The position numbers and the translations under genes were made by a program. Below, piece by piece: positions 49,347 through 59,040 of a stretch of 64,000 bases of DNA; within the stretch, counting starts at the first letter, position 1; the number at the start of each line of letters is the position of its first letter. This DNA comes from Rhodospirillales bacterium RIFCSPLOWO2_02_FULL_58_16 (GTDB taxonomy: Bacteria > Pseudomonadota > Alphaproteobacteria > Rhodospirillales > 2-02-FULL-58-16). The notes under the pieces are model-generated. The model saw only the letters and a program-made list of their open reading frames with translations, was not told the origin of the DNA and made no database searches. Location: assembly GCA_001830425.1 (NCBI GenBank), contig MIAA01000016.1:236015-300014 (forward strand), given 5' to 3'.

Positions 49347-50543
49347 ATGGGCGGCGGCAAATCCAAAAAGAAATCATGGCGCACGGCGACCAAGCTGGTT
49401 CGCGGCGGAGCGCAACGATCCGACTTTGACGAAACCAGCGAGGGCCTGTTTCTGACCTCGGGCTACGTCTATAAATCCGCCGAGGAGGCCGAGCGGACCT
49501 TCAAGGGCGAAATTTCGCGCTACCAGTATTCCCGCTACGCCAATCCCACCGTCGCCATGTTCGAAAAAAGGCTGGCGCTGCTGGAAGGCGCCGATTATTG
49601 CTTCGCCACCTCCAGCGGCATGGCCGCCGTCTTTGCCTCGCTGGCCTGTCAACTAAGCTGCGGCGACCGGGTGGTGGCGTCACGCGCCCTGTTCGGATCG
49701 TGCAAGATCATCATCGACAAGGTGCTTTGCGCTTTCGGCGTAACGTGTCAACTGGTGGACGGCCTGGACCTTGATCAATGGAAGGCGGCCCTATCGAAAA
49801 AAACCAAAGCCGTGTTTCTGGAAACGCCGTCAAATCCGACGCTGGAGATCATCGACCTCAAGGCGGTCAGCGATCTGGCCCGCGCCGCCGGCGCCCTTCT
49901 GGTGGTCGATAACGTTTTCGCCACGCCGGTGCTGCAAAAGCCGATAGAATACGGCGCCGACATTGTCGTCTACTCCGCCACCAAGCACATCGACGGCCAG
50001 GGCCGGTGCATGGGCGGCGCCGTCCTTACCAATAACGAGGACTATTTCAACAACCTGCTGATTCCGTTTGTCCGCCATACCGGCCCCTGCATCAGCCCGT
50101 TCAACGCCTGGGTGATGGTGAAGAGTCTTGAGACCATGGAGCTGCGGATGACCCGCCATTGCGAAAACGCGCTGGCCGTCGCCCGCCATCTGGAAGGCCA
50201 TCCTGCCGTTGTTAAGGCAATCTATCCCGGATTGGCGAGTCACCCTCAGCATAAACTGGCGATGAGGCAGATGAGCGGTCAGGGCGGCTCTATCGTCACC
50301 TTCGAGGTTCCCGGCGGCAAGGCGGCGGCGTTCAAGGTTCTCAACGCCATGAAGCTGATCGACATATCCAACAATCTCGGCGACGCCAAGAGTCTGACCA
50401 CTCACCCGGCGACCACCACCCATATGCGCTTTACCCAGGAAGAACGCGACAAGGTCGGCATCACTGACGGCCTGGTCCGCCTGTCGGTGGGCCTGGAAGA
50501 CGTGGAAGACATCAAGGACGATCTGAATCAGGCGCTGGGCTGA
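49347..50543 (+). CDS. metZ: O-succinylhomoserine sulfhydrylase (Cys/Met-metabolism PLP enzyme)
   Basis: 'YSRY.NPT', the 'S.TKH.DGQGR' PLP-Lys motif and 'RLSVGLED..D...DL'. ATG at 49347 with GGAG upstream. The track start at 49326 is a TTG. Confidence 0.88.
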   Translation: MGGGKSKKKSWRTATKLVRGGAQRSDFDETSEGLFLTSGYVYKSAEEAERTFKGEISRYQYSRYANPTVAMFEKRLALLEGADYCFATSSGMAAVFASLACQLSCGDRVVASRALFGSCKIIIDKVLCAFGVTCQLVDGLDLDQWKAALSKKTKAVFLETPSNPTLEIIDLKAVSDLARAAGALLVVDNVFATPVLQKPIEYGADIVVYSATKHIDGQGRCMGGAVLTNNEDYFNNLLIPFVRHTGPCISPFNAWVMVKSLETMELRMTRHCENALAVARHLEGHPAVVKAIYPGLASHPQHKLAMRQMSGQGGSIVTFEVPGGKAAAFKVLNAMKLIDISNNLGDAKSLTTHPATTTHMRFTQEERDKVGITDGLVRLSVGLEDVEDIKDDLNQALG

Positions 50544-50547
50544 TGCT

Positions 50548-50958
50548 CTAAGGACTTTGCGTGGCGAAGGCGATCCGGGTGATGCCGCAATTGCGAACCA
50601 GGGACAGCAGTTCGGTGATGTCCTGGTAGGGAAGCGTCGCGTCGCCGCCCAGCCGCAGCACCAGCTTTTCGGAACGGGTCCGCACCATTCCGCTCAGGAC
50701 GTTATGCAGTTCGCCGTAAGTGATCGGCGATCCGTCAAGCTCCAGGCTTTTGTCTTTGCGCATGACCAGATCGGCGACTTCCGGGTCTTGCGACGCGGCG
50801 GCGGCAACGCGGGGAAGATCGATTCTCAACGCCTGGGCCATCAGCGGCGCGGCGATAATAAAGATCACCAGCAGAACCAGCATGACATCCACCAGCGGGG
50901 TGACGTTGATTTCCGAGAGCGGTTGGTCAAAATCGCCGCCGTCAATATTGAACGCCAT
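50548..50958 (-). CDS. exbD: biopolymer transporter ExbD/TolR
   Basis: 'INVTPLVDVMLVLL.IF' motif, 136 aa. Confidence 0.9.
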   Translation of the reverse strand: MAFNIDGGDFDQPLSEINVTPLVDVMLVLLVIFIIAAPLMAQALRIDLPRVAAAASQDPEVADLVMRKDKSLELDGSPITYGELHNVLSGMVRTRSEKLVLRLGGDATLPYQDITELLSLVRNCGITRIAFATQSP

Positions 50959-50959
50959 T

Positions 50960-51613
50960 TCAGCTCTTCCTTTCGGCAGGAGGAAAAAAGGCGTCCAGGA
51001 TGCGCATGGCGTTGCCTTCGATAATGCCCATGATGCGTCTCAGGCGGCGCAGCAGCAGGTTATACCCGACCACGGCGGGAATGGCGACGAACAGACCCGC
51101 CGCCGTTGCCGTCAGGGCCTCGGCGACCGGACCGGCGATCATATCCATAGAGAGGGCGGCGTCGCCCCCCAGCCCTTGCAGGGCGTGCATGATTCCCCAT
51201 ACCGTGCCGAACAGGCCGATAAAGGGCGCGGCGTTGCCGGTGGTGGCAAGAAGGGTGAGAAAGTTTTCCATTTCCATGCGGCGTTCTTTAAGGATGTGCG
51301 AGAAAACCGCCTCTGTTCGGCTACGGTCGCCGGCATTAAAAACCGCCGCGCCGCCGCCGTCGGCCGCCCGCAACAAATGGACTGAAGGAACATGTTCGGG
51401 CAAGGCGGCGGCCAGATTCGCCGGCGGCGCGCCGCCGATTATTCCGACGCCGAGGCGTCGTTCATGACGATGAATCGAGGCGAACTGCCAGACCTTGAAG
51501 ACAATAACGGTCCAACTGGCGAGCGAAAGGGCGAGCAATAAAAGAAAAACCAGACGCACGATCCAGTCCGCTTCACTCCACCATGCAAGCCAGGAAATAT
51601 TTTCAACCGCCAT
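50960..51613 (-). CDS. exbB: MotA/TolQ/ExbB proton-channel protein
   Basis: Three TM segments, with 'L..IA...P..GL.GTV.G' and 'A...A..TTA.GL..AIP'. Confidence 0.9.
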   Translation of the reverse strand: MAVENISWLAWWSEADWIVRLVFLLLLALSLASWTVIVFKVWQFASIHRHERRLGVGIIGGAPPANLAAALPEHVPSVHLLRAADGGGAAVFNAGDRSRTEAVFSHILKERRMEMENFLTLLATTGNAAPFIGLFGTVWGIMHALQGLGGDAALSMDMIAGPVAEALTATAAGLFVAIPAVVGYNLLLRRLRRIMGIIEGNAMRILDAFFPPAERKS

Positions 51614-51627
51614 TGAACGGACCTTTA

Positions 51628-52278
51628 CTAACTGTTTTGAAGCACAAAACGGATGGGGATTTCGACGAAGGCGGCGACCGGCTTGCCGCCTCGGGTGGCG
51701 GCGACGAATTTCCAGCGCCGGACCGATTCGACGGCGGCGTCGTCAAGAAGATTAACCCCGGAGCTTTCCTTCACGGTCAGGCTTAACGGCAAGCCCTCGG
51801 CGCTGACCTCCACCGTTAGCAGGACGGCGCCTTGCAGGCCTTTTCGCCGCGCCTGGGCGGGGTATAAAGGATGGGGATTCTGAAGATAGGCGGCCCTGTT
51901 GTCGGGAGGAACATAAGAGAGCGATTCGTCCTTCTGCGCCACGGTCGTTGATGAGGCCGCAGGCGTCGGCTCCGGTTTCGGCGTTGATGTTTCCTCTTTC
52001 GGCAATGTATCTTTCACGGGCGGATGCGGCTTGCGGATCGGCGCTTTCAGTTCCGCGACTTCGGCTTTAACGGGTTCGGATTGCCTCGCCGTTTCAGGTT
52101 CAGGCTCCGCCTTCGGCGCCGGGACAGGCGTCGGCGCGGGCAGATCGACGACCTCGAAATTACCGGCTTCAATGGACGTCGAAGTTGAAGGGAGAGTTTG
52201 CTGATAAAGCGCGAAGGCGATGCCTGCATGAAAAACTACGGCTATTCCCAGCGATATCGACGTTCGCAACGCGGTCAT
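51628..52278 (-). CDS. tonB: energy transducer TonB
   Basis: N-terminal anchor, a Pro/Glu/Lys-rich spacer and the C-terminal 'YP..A...G..G.V.L...V...G' domain. Confidence 0.88.
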   Translation of the reverse strand: MTALRTSISLGIAVVFHAGIAFALYQQTLPSTSTSIEAGNFEVVDLPAPTPVPAPKAEPEPETARQSEPVKAEVAELKAPIRKPHPPVKDTLPKEETSTPKPEPTPAASSTTVAQKDESLSYVPPDNRAAYLQNPHPLYPAQARRKGLQGAVLLTVEVSAEGLPLSLTVKESSGVNLLDDAAVESVRRWKFVAATRGGKPVAAFVEIPIRFVLQNS

Positions 52279-52760
52279 TTTACTTGCCCCTCAAGCCATT
52301 TCGAGAGGGCGGACTCATCAAGGAGGCCGGATTCAACTTTGATCTCTCCGTTGACTCCGATGAGGTAGGTTCGCGGAAGTTCTCCGCTCCAGTTCTTATC
52401 AACTTCGTAGCGCAGCCTCTCGACGAAGGTATCCGCAAAAACCCATTTTTCGGCCTTTGCCGGGGCGTATTTTTCCAGTGTTCGGAGAATGCGCGGGATA
52501 TCGTTCTCGGCATCGGTGGAAACCATGGTCAGGCGGACATCCGCCCCGCTCTCCAGTATTTTTTTCAATATCGGCATCTCGGCAAGGCAAGGCGGGCAAC
52601 CGATGGACCAGAAGTTGACGATGTGGGGCCGGCCCCGTCCGGCCTCAACGATGGCGGCGAAGCTGCCGCGAACGAAAGGGCGTACTATTGTTTCCTCTGC
52701 CGGTGCGGCAACGGCGGTAGAGGCAAGAAGAAACACGACTAACCCCAAAGTCCGCATCAT
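52275..52760 (-). CDS. TlpA-like thioredoxin-fold protein (CPPC active site), exported
   Basis: Signal peptide MMRTLGLVVFLLASTAVAAPA and 'VNFWSIGCPPCLAEMP'. ATGA overlaps at both ends (52757-52760 and 52275-52278). Confidence 0.8.
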   Translation of the reverse strand: MMRTLGLVVFLLASTAVAAPAEETIVRPFVRGSFAAIVEAGRGRPHIVNFWSIGCPPCLAEMPILKKILESGADVRLTMVSTDAENDIPRILRTLEKYAPAKAEKWVFADTFVERLRYEVDKNWSGELPRTYLIGVNGEIKVESGLLDESALSKWLEGQVK

Positions 52761-54013
52761 GGCGCGTTTCCGCCCACTTTGAACAAGCGCCAGCCTTCCG
52801 CCAGCGTCGCCCACGACAGGTAAACTGAGCGTCCGTCATGAACCAGCAGCGGATGATCCGATGTGTCGGCGGTGGTCGAAATGCGTAACGGCTTTGACCA
52901 TGTGCGTCCGTCATCTCCTGATTCCATGACAAAAATTTCGCCGGTCTCGCCGGTGAATTCCTTCCATGCCACGAACGTCTTTCCTCCGGCGGCCAGGACA
53001 TGAGGGCGCGCCGCCCGGTTGGAACGGTTGCCGAAGCCGTAGGGCGCGGAGAAGGCGTTGCCTCCGTCTTCGGAGTGTGCGTAAAACAGCCCCTTGCGCG
53101 CCGCGCCGTCGGTAAACCAGACAATGTGCAAAACGCCGTTGTCGCCGATGGCAAGCGCCGGGCCGTGATGAGGACAGCCGTCAAGCTTCCAGAGGTCTTC
53201 GCTTACCCGCGTCAGGCGACCGGGGGAGCCGTCGGCGTTCAGTTTCATCAAGGCATGGTCGCGGATATTGCCTTCAAAGACATGCCGCCAGGCGATCACA
53301 GGCGATCCGGCGCCGTCAATAGCCATGGTGATTCGACAACATTCACAACTGTGATCGGCCAGCTTTATGTTGGCGGAAAAGCTTTTTCCGCCGTCGTCGG
53401 AATAAGCGTAATAAATGGCGGAACCGGCGTACTTTTTCTGTTGTTGTTTGGCCGCCTCTCTATCGCGCTTGTCGATCCATGAGATATGGATGCGGCCGTC
53501 GGCGCCGACGTTAAGCGTTTCAAAGCTCTGGCTCACCGGCTTGTCCTCGTCGGTGATGACGACCGGCGGGGAGAAAACCTTGCCGCCGTCCGTCGAGCGG
53601 CTGAAATAAACAATGCCGGAGTATTTCTGCTCGCCTTTAACAGTGAAGGCGACATAGAGCGAGCCGTCCGGCGAGACCGCTATCTTGGGACGGTTTTCTC
53701 CGTTCTTTTCGATGTCGAGCGGCTTGGGCGCGACCTTGGCCGACGCGGCGAACGACGCGCCGCCGTCTTCAGAGCGGGCAACATATACATATCCGTTTTG
53801 CGTCCATGTCAGCCATAGATGCCCCTTGGCGTCGAACAGGGGCGTCGGCGTTTCGGCGCAGCGCGGTGACGGTTCGGCTTGCGGGCCGACACATTCAGAA
53901 GCGGCTTTTTCGTGTTTGGGCTGATGGGCGACCGCTTGGCCGCTCATGACAAGGCCGGCGCCGGTTACAGACAGGCTTAAAATAGTCGGCAGGATGTATT
54001 TCATTTTTTTCAT
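52757..54013 (-). CDS. BNR/Asp-box repeat beta-propeller protein (sialidase-fold), exported, Cys/His-rich
   Basis: Signal peptide and five Asp-box-like motifs (SEDGGASF, STDGGKVF, SDDGGKSF, SEDGGNAF, SGDDGRTW). Clusters HSCECC and DGCPHHG are present. I chose the ATG at 54013. Confidence 0.8.
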   Translation of the reverse strand: MKKMKYILPTILSLSVTGAGLVMSGQAVAHQPKHEKAASECVGPQAEPSPRCAETPTPLFDAKGHLWLTWTQNGYVYVARSEDGGASFAASAKVAPKPLDIEKNGENRPKIAVSPDGSLYVAFTVKGEQKYSGIVYFSRSTDGGKVFSPPVVITDEDKPVSQSFETLNVGADGRIHISWIDKRDREAAKQQQKKYAGSAIYYAYSDDGGKSFSANIKLADHSCECCRITMAIDGAGSPVIAWRHVFEGNIRDHALMKLNADGSPGRLTRVSEDLWKLDGCPHHGPALAIGDNGVLHIVWFTDGAARKGLFYAHSEDGGNAFSAPYGFGNRSNRAARPHVLAAGGKTFVAWKEFTGETGEIFVMESGDDGRTWSKPLRISTTADTSDHPLLVHDGRSVYLSWATLAEGWRLFKVGGNAP

Positions 54014-54020
54014 TATCCGA

Positions 54021-56069
54021 TCACCACTTGGCGCGAATGCCGGCAAAAGCGGATCGGCCATCGCCGGGATTAAACTGCGCGGAAGCCGAGGTGGCCCGGT
54101 TAATCACGCTTGCGTTGGAGATATAGGCGGTATTTCCGAGATTACGACCCTCGACATACGCGGAGACGTTCTCATTGAAATCCTGAACGGCCTTCATTCC
54201 GAAGATCACATAAGGATCGGTTTGCAGCGTATTGGCGTTGTCGGCGTAGTAGCCTTTAGGCACCCATTCCATATTCGGTCCGATCGATAAACCGATCGGG
54301 TGCTTGTAGAGCATTTCGCCGCGAAGGAAATGACGAGGCGCTCCCGGAAGCTGGTTGTCGTTGTAGTTGCGGTCGCTGTCGAACGTAAAGTCATTGAACG
54401 TATAAGCAAGATTCAGCCCTATTTTATCTTTTTGGCTGAAAAGGTCATGGAGAAAATCGGCGCCGCCGCCTAATTCCAATCCCTGGTGAATGGTCCTGTG
54501 AACGTTCGTTACATTACACCCGGCGACGGCGCTTTGCAGACATTGCAATTCGTTATGTATTTCCGCCCGATAGGCCGCCAGATTCCACTTGTAGTTTGAC
54601 CGTTGCCCCCGCGTGCCGACCTCGTATGTCGTGGCGGTCTGTTCCTTGACGGTGGTGAACGGAACGGCGGCTCCGCCGCTTTCGCCGAAACTGGGAACTT
54701 CGGCGCTGCGGGAAATATTGGCGAAGGCCTGCCAGTCGGGGTCCACATCCCACAACAGGCCTACTTTGGGACTCAAAAGGCTGAAGCTGTTGCGACCCGA
54801 CGCATCGCCGTTGGACAGGAAGGTATCCTTCCGGTCGCGCACCGCATGGAGGAATTGCAAGCCGCCGACGACCGCCACGTTCGGAATTATGGAAAATGAG
54901 TCCTCTCCATAGGCGATATAGTTTTCCGACGAATCAAATGATGATGACTGGAGAGCGCCTCTTAGCCCTTTTGCGTTCGCGTACTGTCTGTTGTCGATCC
55001 TGCCGTTGATAATATTGAATCCGACAACGGCCCTGTTCTTGTGGCCGAGAATTGACCGCCCGTCTACCGCCCGGATAAAACCGCCATAGTCTTTATAACT
55101 GTAGTCGATCAACTGGAATATGGGATGCAGCAGTTGTCGATCAACGCCGAACGCCCCTAAATCGACGGTCGTCGATTCAAAGCGCAGCGTCGTTTTATTG
55201 GCGACTCGAACCGTATCGATATTACGTTGATAATCGTTTGTTTTATTGGCGTTCGCTCCTCCCTCCGGGAATAACAAGGCGGCGGCTTTTGTTACTTCGC
55301 CGGGGATGCGTTGATGAACATTGTTGGCGTTGACATAAAAGCGCGTCTCGATGTCAGGCGTCAGTTGATAGCCCAGATTCACCGAGCCGCGATATGAATC
55401 GCCCCCCGTATGATCGCGCCAACCTTCTTGCTGTTGACGGGCGGCGGTGACGAAGTAATCAACCGGCCCGACAACCGCTCCGGAACTTGCCTGCTGACGG
55501 TTGAAGCCGAAGCTGCCGACATCGGCGCTGACGGCGGCAATCGAGGCGTCGCGTCCGCTGGGGGTGACGAAATTGATGGCTCCGCCCAGCGAATTGCCGC
55601 CGAACTGAAGCGCATTTGCACCCTTGTAGACATCAACGTGCCGATAGGCGCCGGGATCGATCTCCTGAAAATCGCCATAGCCGTCGGCGGTGTTGATCGG
55701 GATTCCGTCCATATACAACTGGATGCTGCGTAAGTGGAAATTGCGGGACAAGCTGGAGCCACGGATTGAAAGTCTGGTGTCGGCGCCCCATTTCGGCTGA
55801 ACGAACACGCCGGGGACATAGTCCAGCACGTCCTTGAGCGTGGCCGCCGGCCCGTTCTTGAAGACCGTATCGGCGATCACTTCAACGGCGCCCGGCGTCC
55901 GCCGGATTTCTTCTTGCGCCTGCTCCGTCGTCGGAACCGTAAGGCTTTCATTCAGGGGAGCGCCGACCACGGTTACCGCCGGCAGTTCGGTCGCCGATTG
56001 GCTGAAGGCGGGATTGGAGATCGCGATCATGGCGGTTGTCGCCATAAGCGCTTTACTAATGTGTTTCAC
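54021..56069 (-). CDS. TonB-dependent outer-membrane receptor
   Basis: Signal peptide, a TonB-box-like 'LPAVTVVG', a plug domain, a long beta-barrel and the C-terminal 'AF.GIRAKW'. GTG start with GGAGGGGG upstream. Confidence 0.93.
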   Translation of the reverse strand: MKHISKALMATTAMIAISNPAFSQSATELPAVTVVGAPLNESLTVPTTEQAQEEIRRTPGAVEVIADTVFKNGPAATLKDVLDYVPGVFVQPKWGADTRLSIRGSSLSRNFHLRSIQLYMDGIPINTADGYGDFQEIDPGAYRHVDVYKGANALQFGGNSLGGAINFVTPSGRDASIAAVSADVGSFGFNRQQASSGAVVGPVDYFVTAARQQQEGWRDHTGGDSYRGSVNLGYQLTPDIETRFYVNANNVHQRIPGEVTKAAALLFPEGGANANKTNDYQRNIDTVRVANKTTLRFESTTVDLGAFGVDRQLLHPIFQLIDYSYKDYGGFIRAVDGRSILGHKNRAVVGFNIINGRIDNRQYANAKGLRGALQSSSFDSSENYIAYGEDSFSIIPNVAVVGGLQFLHAVRDRKDTFLSNGDASGRNSFSLLSPKVGLLWDVDPDWQAFANISRSAEVPSFGESGGAAVPFTTVKEQTATTYEVGTRGQRSNYKWNLAAYRAEIHNELQCLQSAVAGCNVTNVHRTIHQGLELGGGADFLHDLFSQKDKIGLNLAYTFNDFTFDSDRNYNDNQLPGAPRHFLRGEMLYKHPIGLSIGPNMEWVPKGYYADNANTLQTDPYVIFGMKAVQDFNENVSAYVEGRNLGNTAYISNASVINRATSASAQFNPGDGRSAFAGIRAKW

Positions 56070-56194
56070 AGGAGGCCCCCTCCATTTAGATGGTTATGGT
56101 TTTCCGCTTATGCGTCTGTTGCGGAAGTCGTGCGCAAACAGGCGCAAGGCCCGGTCGCGGGCTGACAACGTCAAAGACGCTTTAACTTATGGAT

Positions 56195-56653
56195 TTAAGC
56201 GGAAAGGGAGGGAGGGGCGCGTGGCTGGAGAGGTCCGGCCGGAACGGCGGAGGCGTCGGCGCTGCCGATAATCGGAAAGCGCAGGCGGGCGACGGTGAGG
56301 TCGAGCGCCGAAGAATCGATTGTTTGTTGCGGCGCGAGTAAAACAAGTTTCGAGAACGGCAGACAGAAATCGCAGAGTTTTTCTGCGGCTTTTTCGTTGG
56401 GGACGGGCATCCCGTTTGCGTCGACCTTGACTAACTGGGGACCATTCGCCGTGCAGAATACGCTGAATGATGTCCGGTCTTTGGAAGGTGACTGGGCATT
56501 GCCGATCTTGGCGCCGGGCAGGGCCGACGCCGCCAGAATATTGAGGGCGAGTACGGACGTCAGCAGCCATGAGGTCAGCCGACGGCCCAGGCGCCGCCCG
56601 AAGAAAAGGCGGCCCCCGGCTGAACCGATTATATTATGATCACCAAGCTGCAT
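56195..56653 (-). CDS. DUF2946-like small protein
   Basis: N-terminal hydrophobic segment, then 'FCTANGPQLVKVD' and 'LCDFCLPF'. These resemble the DUF2946 'CT..G ... C.FC' pattern as I remember it. The start is ambiguous (56653, 56698 or 56797). Confidence 0.5.
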   Translation of the reverse strand: MQLGDHNIIGSAGGRLFFGRRLGRRLTSWLLTSVLALNILAASALPGAKIGNAQSPSKDRTSFSVFCTANGPQLVKVDANGMPVPNEKAAEKLCDFCLPFSKLVLLAPQQTIDSSALDLTVARLRFPIIGSADASAVPAGPLQPRAPPSLSA

Positions 56654-56781
56654 GCGCGCCAATCTATATCGGGCCGATGCCCAAGTAAAGTCGGACATCC
56701 CCAAAAGAGTTGACCTGCCTGACGGCATGGACCAGATTCGCGTATTCCAGGTTTGTTTTGCCGAATATAAACGGAAACAAA

Positions 56782-57300
56782 ATGAGCGATGCGACAAACA
56801 GTCATGACCCTCCCGAGGGCGATTCCGAGAAATTTCTTGCCTTTCAGAAGAAGGCCAAGGCCGCCAATCTTAACGAGCAGACTCTTCTCGCCACCGACTA
56901 TCTCAACCATTTTAACGAGATCGTCATGACCATCGAGATGATTCCCGATATGCCGGAGCTGCTTGAAGAAGCGCGGGAATGGCGCCCCAAATCATATCAG
57001 GATCACTTTCGCGACAGCACGTTCGCCGGCAAGGATATGGCCATCGAAGCCTACGAATATGTTCCCGCCAGATACCGCACGCCTTTCGAGGCCAACATCG
57101 CCGCCATTAACCGTTTTATCGCCATGACCGTAAAAAATGCCGAAGACGCCGTGGCCTCCGGCGATAACGACAGGCTGAGACTGCTTATGACCGACGCCTC
57201 GCACAGCATCCAAAAGATTATGGACATGGCCAGCGCCAATATCCACGGCAGCGAGCACGCCCTGGATCAGGCTGAAGTCGATGCGTTACTGGGGGTTTAG
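56782..57300 (+). CDS. conserved hypothetical protein
   Basis: 172 aa from the ATG at 56782 ('TLLATDYLNHFNEIVMTIEM...'). It has good coding character, but I recognise no family. Confidence 0.6.
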   Translation: MSDATNSHDPPEGDSEKFLAFQKKAKAANLNEQTLLATDYLNHFNEIVMTIEMIPDMPELLEEAREWRPKSYQDHFRDSTFAGKDMAIEAYEYVPARYRTPFEANIAAINRFIAMTVKNAEDAVASGDNDRLRLLMTDASHSIQKIMDMASANIHGSEHALDQAEVDALLGV

Positions 57301-57663
57301 ATTCTCGTCCTCGCCCGCATAGACGCAGCCTGCGGTGCAGGTTTCGCGGATCGCCACCTTGGACAGTTTGGGCAGGCGGGGTTTCAGGTTTCGCCATATC
57401 CAGCGGGCGATAATTTCGCTGGTGGGATTCTCCAGCCCTTCGATGTCGTTGAGATAGTAGTGGTCCAGCCGCAGGCGGATGGGTTCATAGGCTTCCTTGA
57501 CGTCGGCAAAGTCCATCACCCAGCCGAGCTTGGGGTCAAGATCGCCGGCGACGTGAATCTCGGCCTGGAATGAATGGCCGTGCAGCCGCGAGCACTTGTG
57601 GTTTGCAGGCAGGTTGGGCAGACGATGAGCCGCCTCGAAGGTGAATGTCTTGTAGATGTCCAT
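57286..57663 (-). CDS. queD: 6-carboxytetrahydropterin synthase
   Basis: 'F.F.AAH.LP......KC..LHGHS' motif. Confidence 0.93.
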   Translation of the reverse strand: MDIYKTFTFEAAHRLPNLPANHKCSRLHGHSFQAEIHVAGDLDPKLGWVMDFADVKEAYEPIRLRLDHYYLNDIEGLENPTSEIIARWIWRNLKPRLPKLSKVAIRETCTAGCVYAGEDENLNPQ

Positions 57664-57665
57664 GG

Positions 57666-58301
57666 TTATCTGATGCCGAGTTGTTTCTGTATTTGCAGAC
57701 TAAGACGCCACTTGGGACGCTCCAGACAGAAGCGCATGGCCGATTCGGTGTTCTTCGCCAATTCCGCGCCGTCCATGGGCTGAAGGAAGAAGTGCCGGAA
57801 GTCAAGGTTTTCATACCATCGGGGATCGGCGTCCGGCTGGGGATAAACCAGCTTTAGCTCATCGCCGGCGGTCAGGACAAGGTTGCTCCCGGCCTTGGGG
57901 CTGACGCAGACCCAGTCCAGCCCGTCCGGCGCGGGCAGGGCGCCGTTGGTCTCGGCGGCGACTTCAAAACCGGCGTCATGAAAAGCGGCGATCAGTTTTT
58001 TATCGAGTTGAAGAAAAGGTTCGCCGCCGGTGCACACCACCATCGGTCGGCCCGTTGTTGTCTTCGGCCACAGGGCGAACGCGGCGCGGGCCAGTTTGTC
58101 CGCCGTCCTGAAGCGCCCGCCGCCGCCGCCGTCAACGCCGATAAAATCGGTGTCGCAAAAGGAGCATGTCGCCGAGGCCCGGTCATCTTCCCGGCCCGAC
58201 CACAGGTTGCAGCCGGCAAAGCGGCAAAAGACGGCGGCGCGTCCGCTTTGCGCCCCTTCGCCTTGAAGGGAATAAAACATTTCTTTTACGGCGTAGCTCA
58301 T
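57666..58301 (-). CDS. queE: 7-carboxy-7-deazaguanine synthase (radical SAM)
   Basis: 'F.S.QGEG...G....F.RF.GCNL' and the extended Cys motif (...C.FCDT.F). Confidence 0.92.
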   Translation of the reverse strand: MSYAVKEMFYSLQGEGAQSGRAAVFCRFAGCNLWSGREDDRASATCSFCDTDFIGVDGGGGGRFRTADKLARAAFALWPKTTTGRPMVVCTGGEPFLQLDKKLIAAFHDAGFEVAAETNGALPAPDGLDWVCVSPKAGSNLVLTAGDELKLVYPQPDADPRWYENLDFRHFFLQPMDGAELAKNTESAMRFCLERPKWRLSLQIQKQLGIR

Positions 58302-58990
58302 GGCGTATCAGCCGGGTCGGCAAGCCCCGCCTCCGCGAAGCCCTTGCGACGCAGACGGCAAGCGTCGCATTCGCCGCAGGGGACGGCGCGGGGGCCGGGA
58401 TCATAGCAGCTCAAGGTCAAACCGTAGTCAACGCCGAGTTCCAGGCCCCGAATGATGATTTGCCCCTTGGTGAGGTTGATCAGCGGCGCATGGATGGTGG
58501 TTTTGCGCCCTCCTTCGACGGCGGCCTTGGTGGCGAGATCGGCCATTGCCTGAAAGGCGGCGATGAATTCAGGGCGACAATCGGGGTAACCGCTATAGTC
58601 CAGCGCGTTGACGCCGATGAAGATGTCATCGGCGGCCATCACCTCGGCCCAGCCCAGCGCATAGGAAAGAAAGATGACGTTGCGCGCCGGAACATAAGTC
58701 ACCGGCACGCCGGATTTCATTTCCTCATCCGAGCGTCCCTTGGGCGCCTCTACGCCGTCGGTCAGCGCCGAGCCGTGAAAGGCTTCCGGGCCGATATCGA
58801 CGATCTTGTGTTCAGCGGCGCCGGCGGCGGCGGCGACGGCGCGGGCCGCCTCAATCTCCAGGCTGTGGCGCTGACCATAGCGGAAGGTCAGGGCATGGGC
58901 CTCAAACCCCATGTTCATGGCGATGGCCAGCACGGTGGCGGAATCCAGTCCTCCGCTGAGCAGCACCACGGCCTTTGTTTTTTCTCTCAT
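58298..58990 (-). CDS. queC: 7-cyano-7-deazaguanine synthase
   Basis: '[11 protein letters not shown]' PP-loop and the C-terminal 'CG.CD.C..R..GF'. I chose the ATG at 58990. Confidence 0.95.
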   Translation of the reverse strand: MREKTKAVVLLSGGLDSATVLAIAMNMGFEAHALTFRYGQRHSLEIEAARAVAAAAGAAEHKIVDIGPEAFHGSALTDGVEAPKGRSDEEMKSGVPVTYVPARNVIFLSYALGWAEVMAADDIFIGVNALDYSGYPDCRPEFIAAFQAMADLATKAAVEGGRKTTIHAPLINLTKGQIIIRGLELGVDYGLTLSCYDPGPRAVPCGECDACRLRRKGFAEAGLADPADTP

Positions 58991-59040
58991 AATCGTGCTT
59001 TTATTGGTTTTCGGGATTTTATGATAGAGCGCAGACGATA

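Noticed and set aside
56070-56194. Possible cobalamin or other riboswitch upstream of the TonB-dependent receptor
   Set aside because: A 125-nt region is too short for a cobalamin riboswitch, and I saw no B12-box-like sequence.
58991-59040. Possible preQ1 riboswitch in the 50-bp queC/queG divergent spacer
   Set aside because: I saw no P1 hairpin followed by the A-rich ...AAAAAACUA tail, and the spacer must also hold two promoters. An Rfam preQ1-I/II/III scan would confirm.
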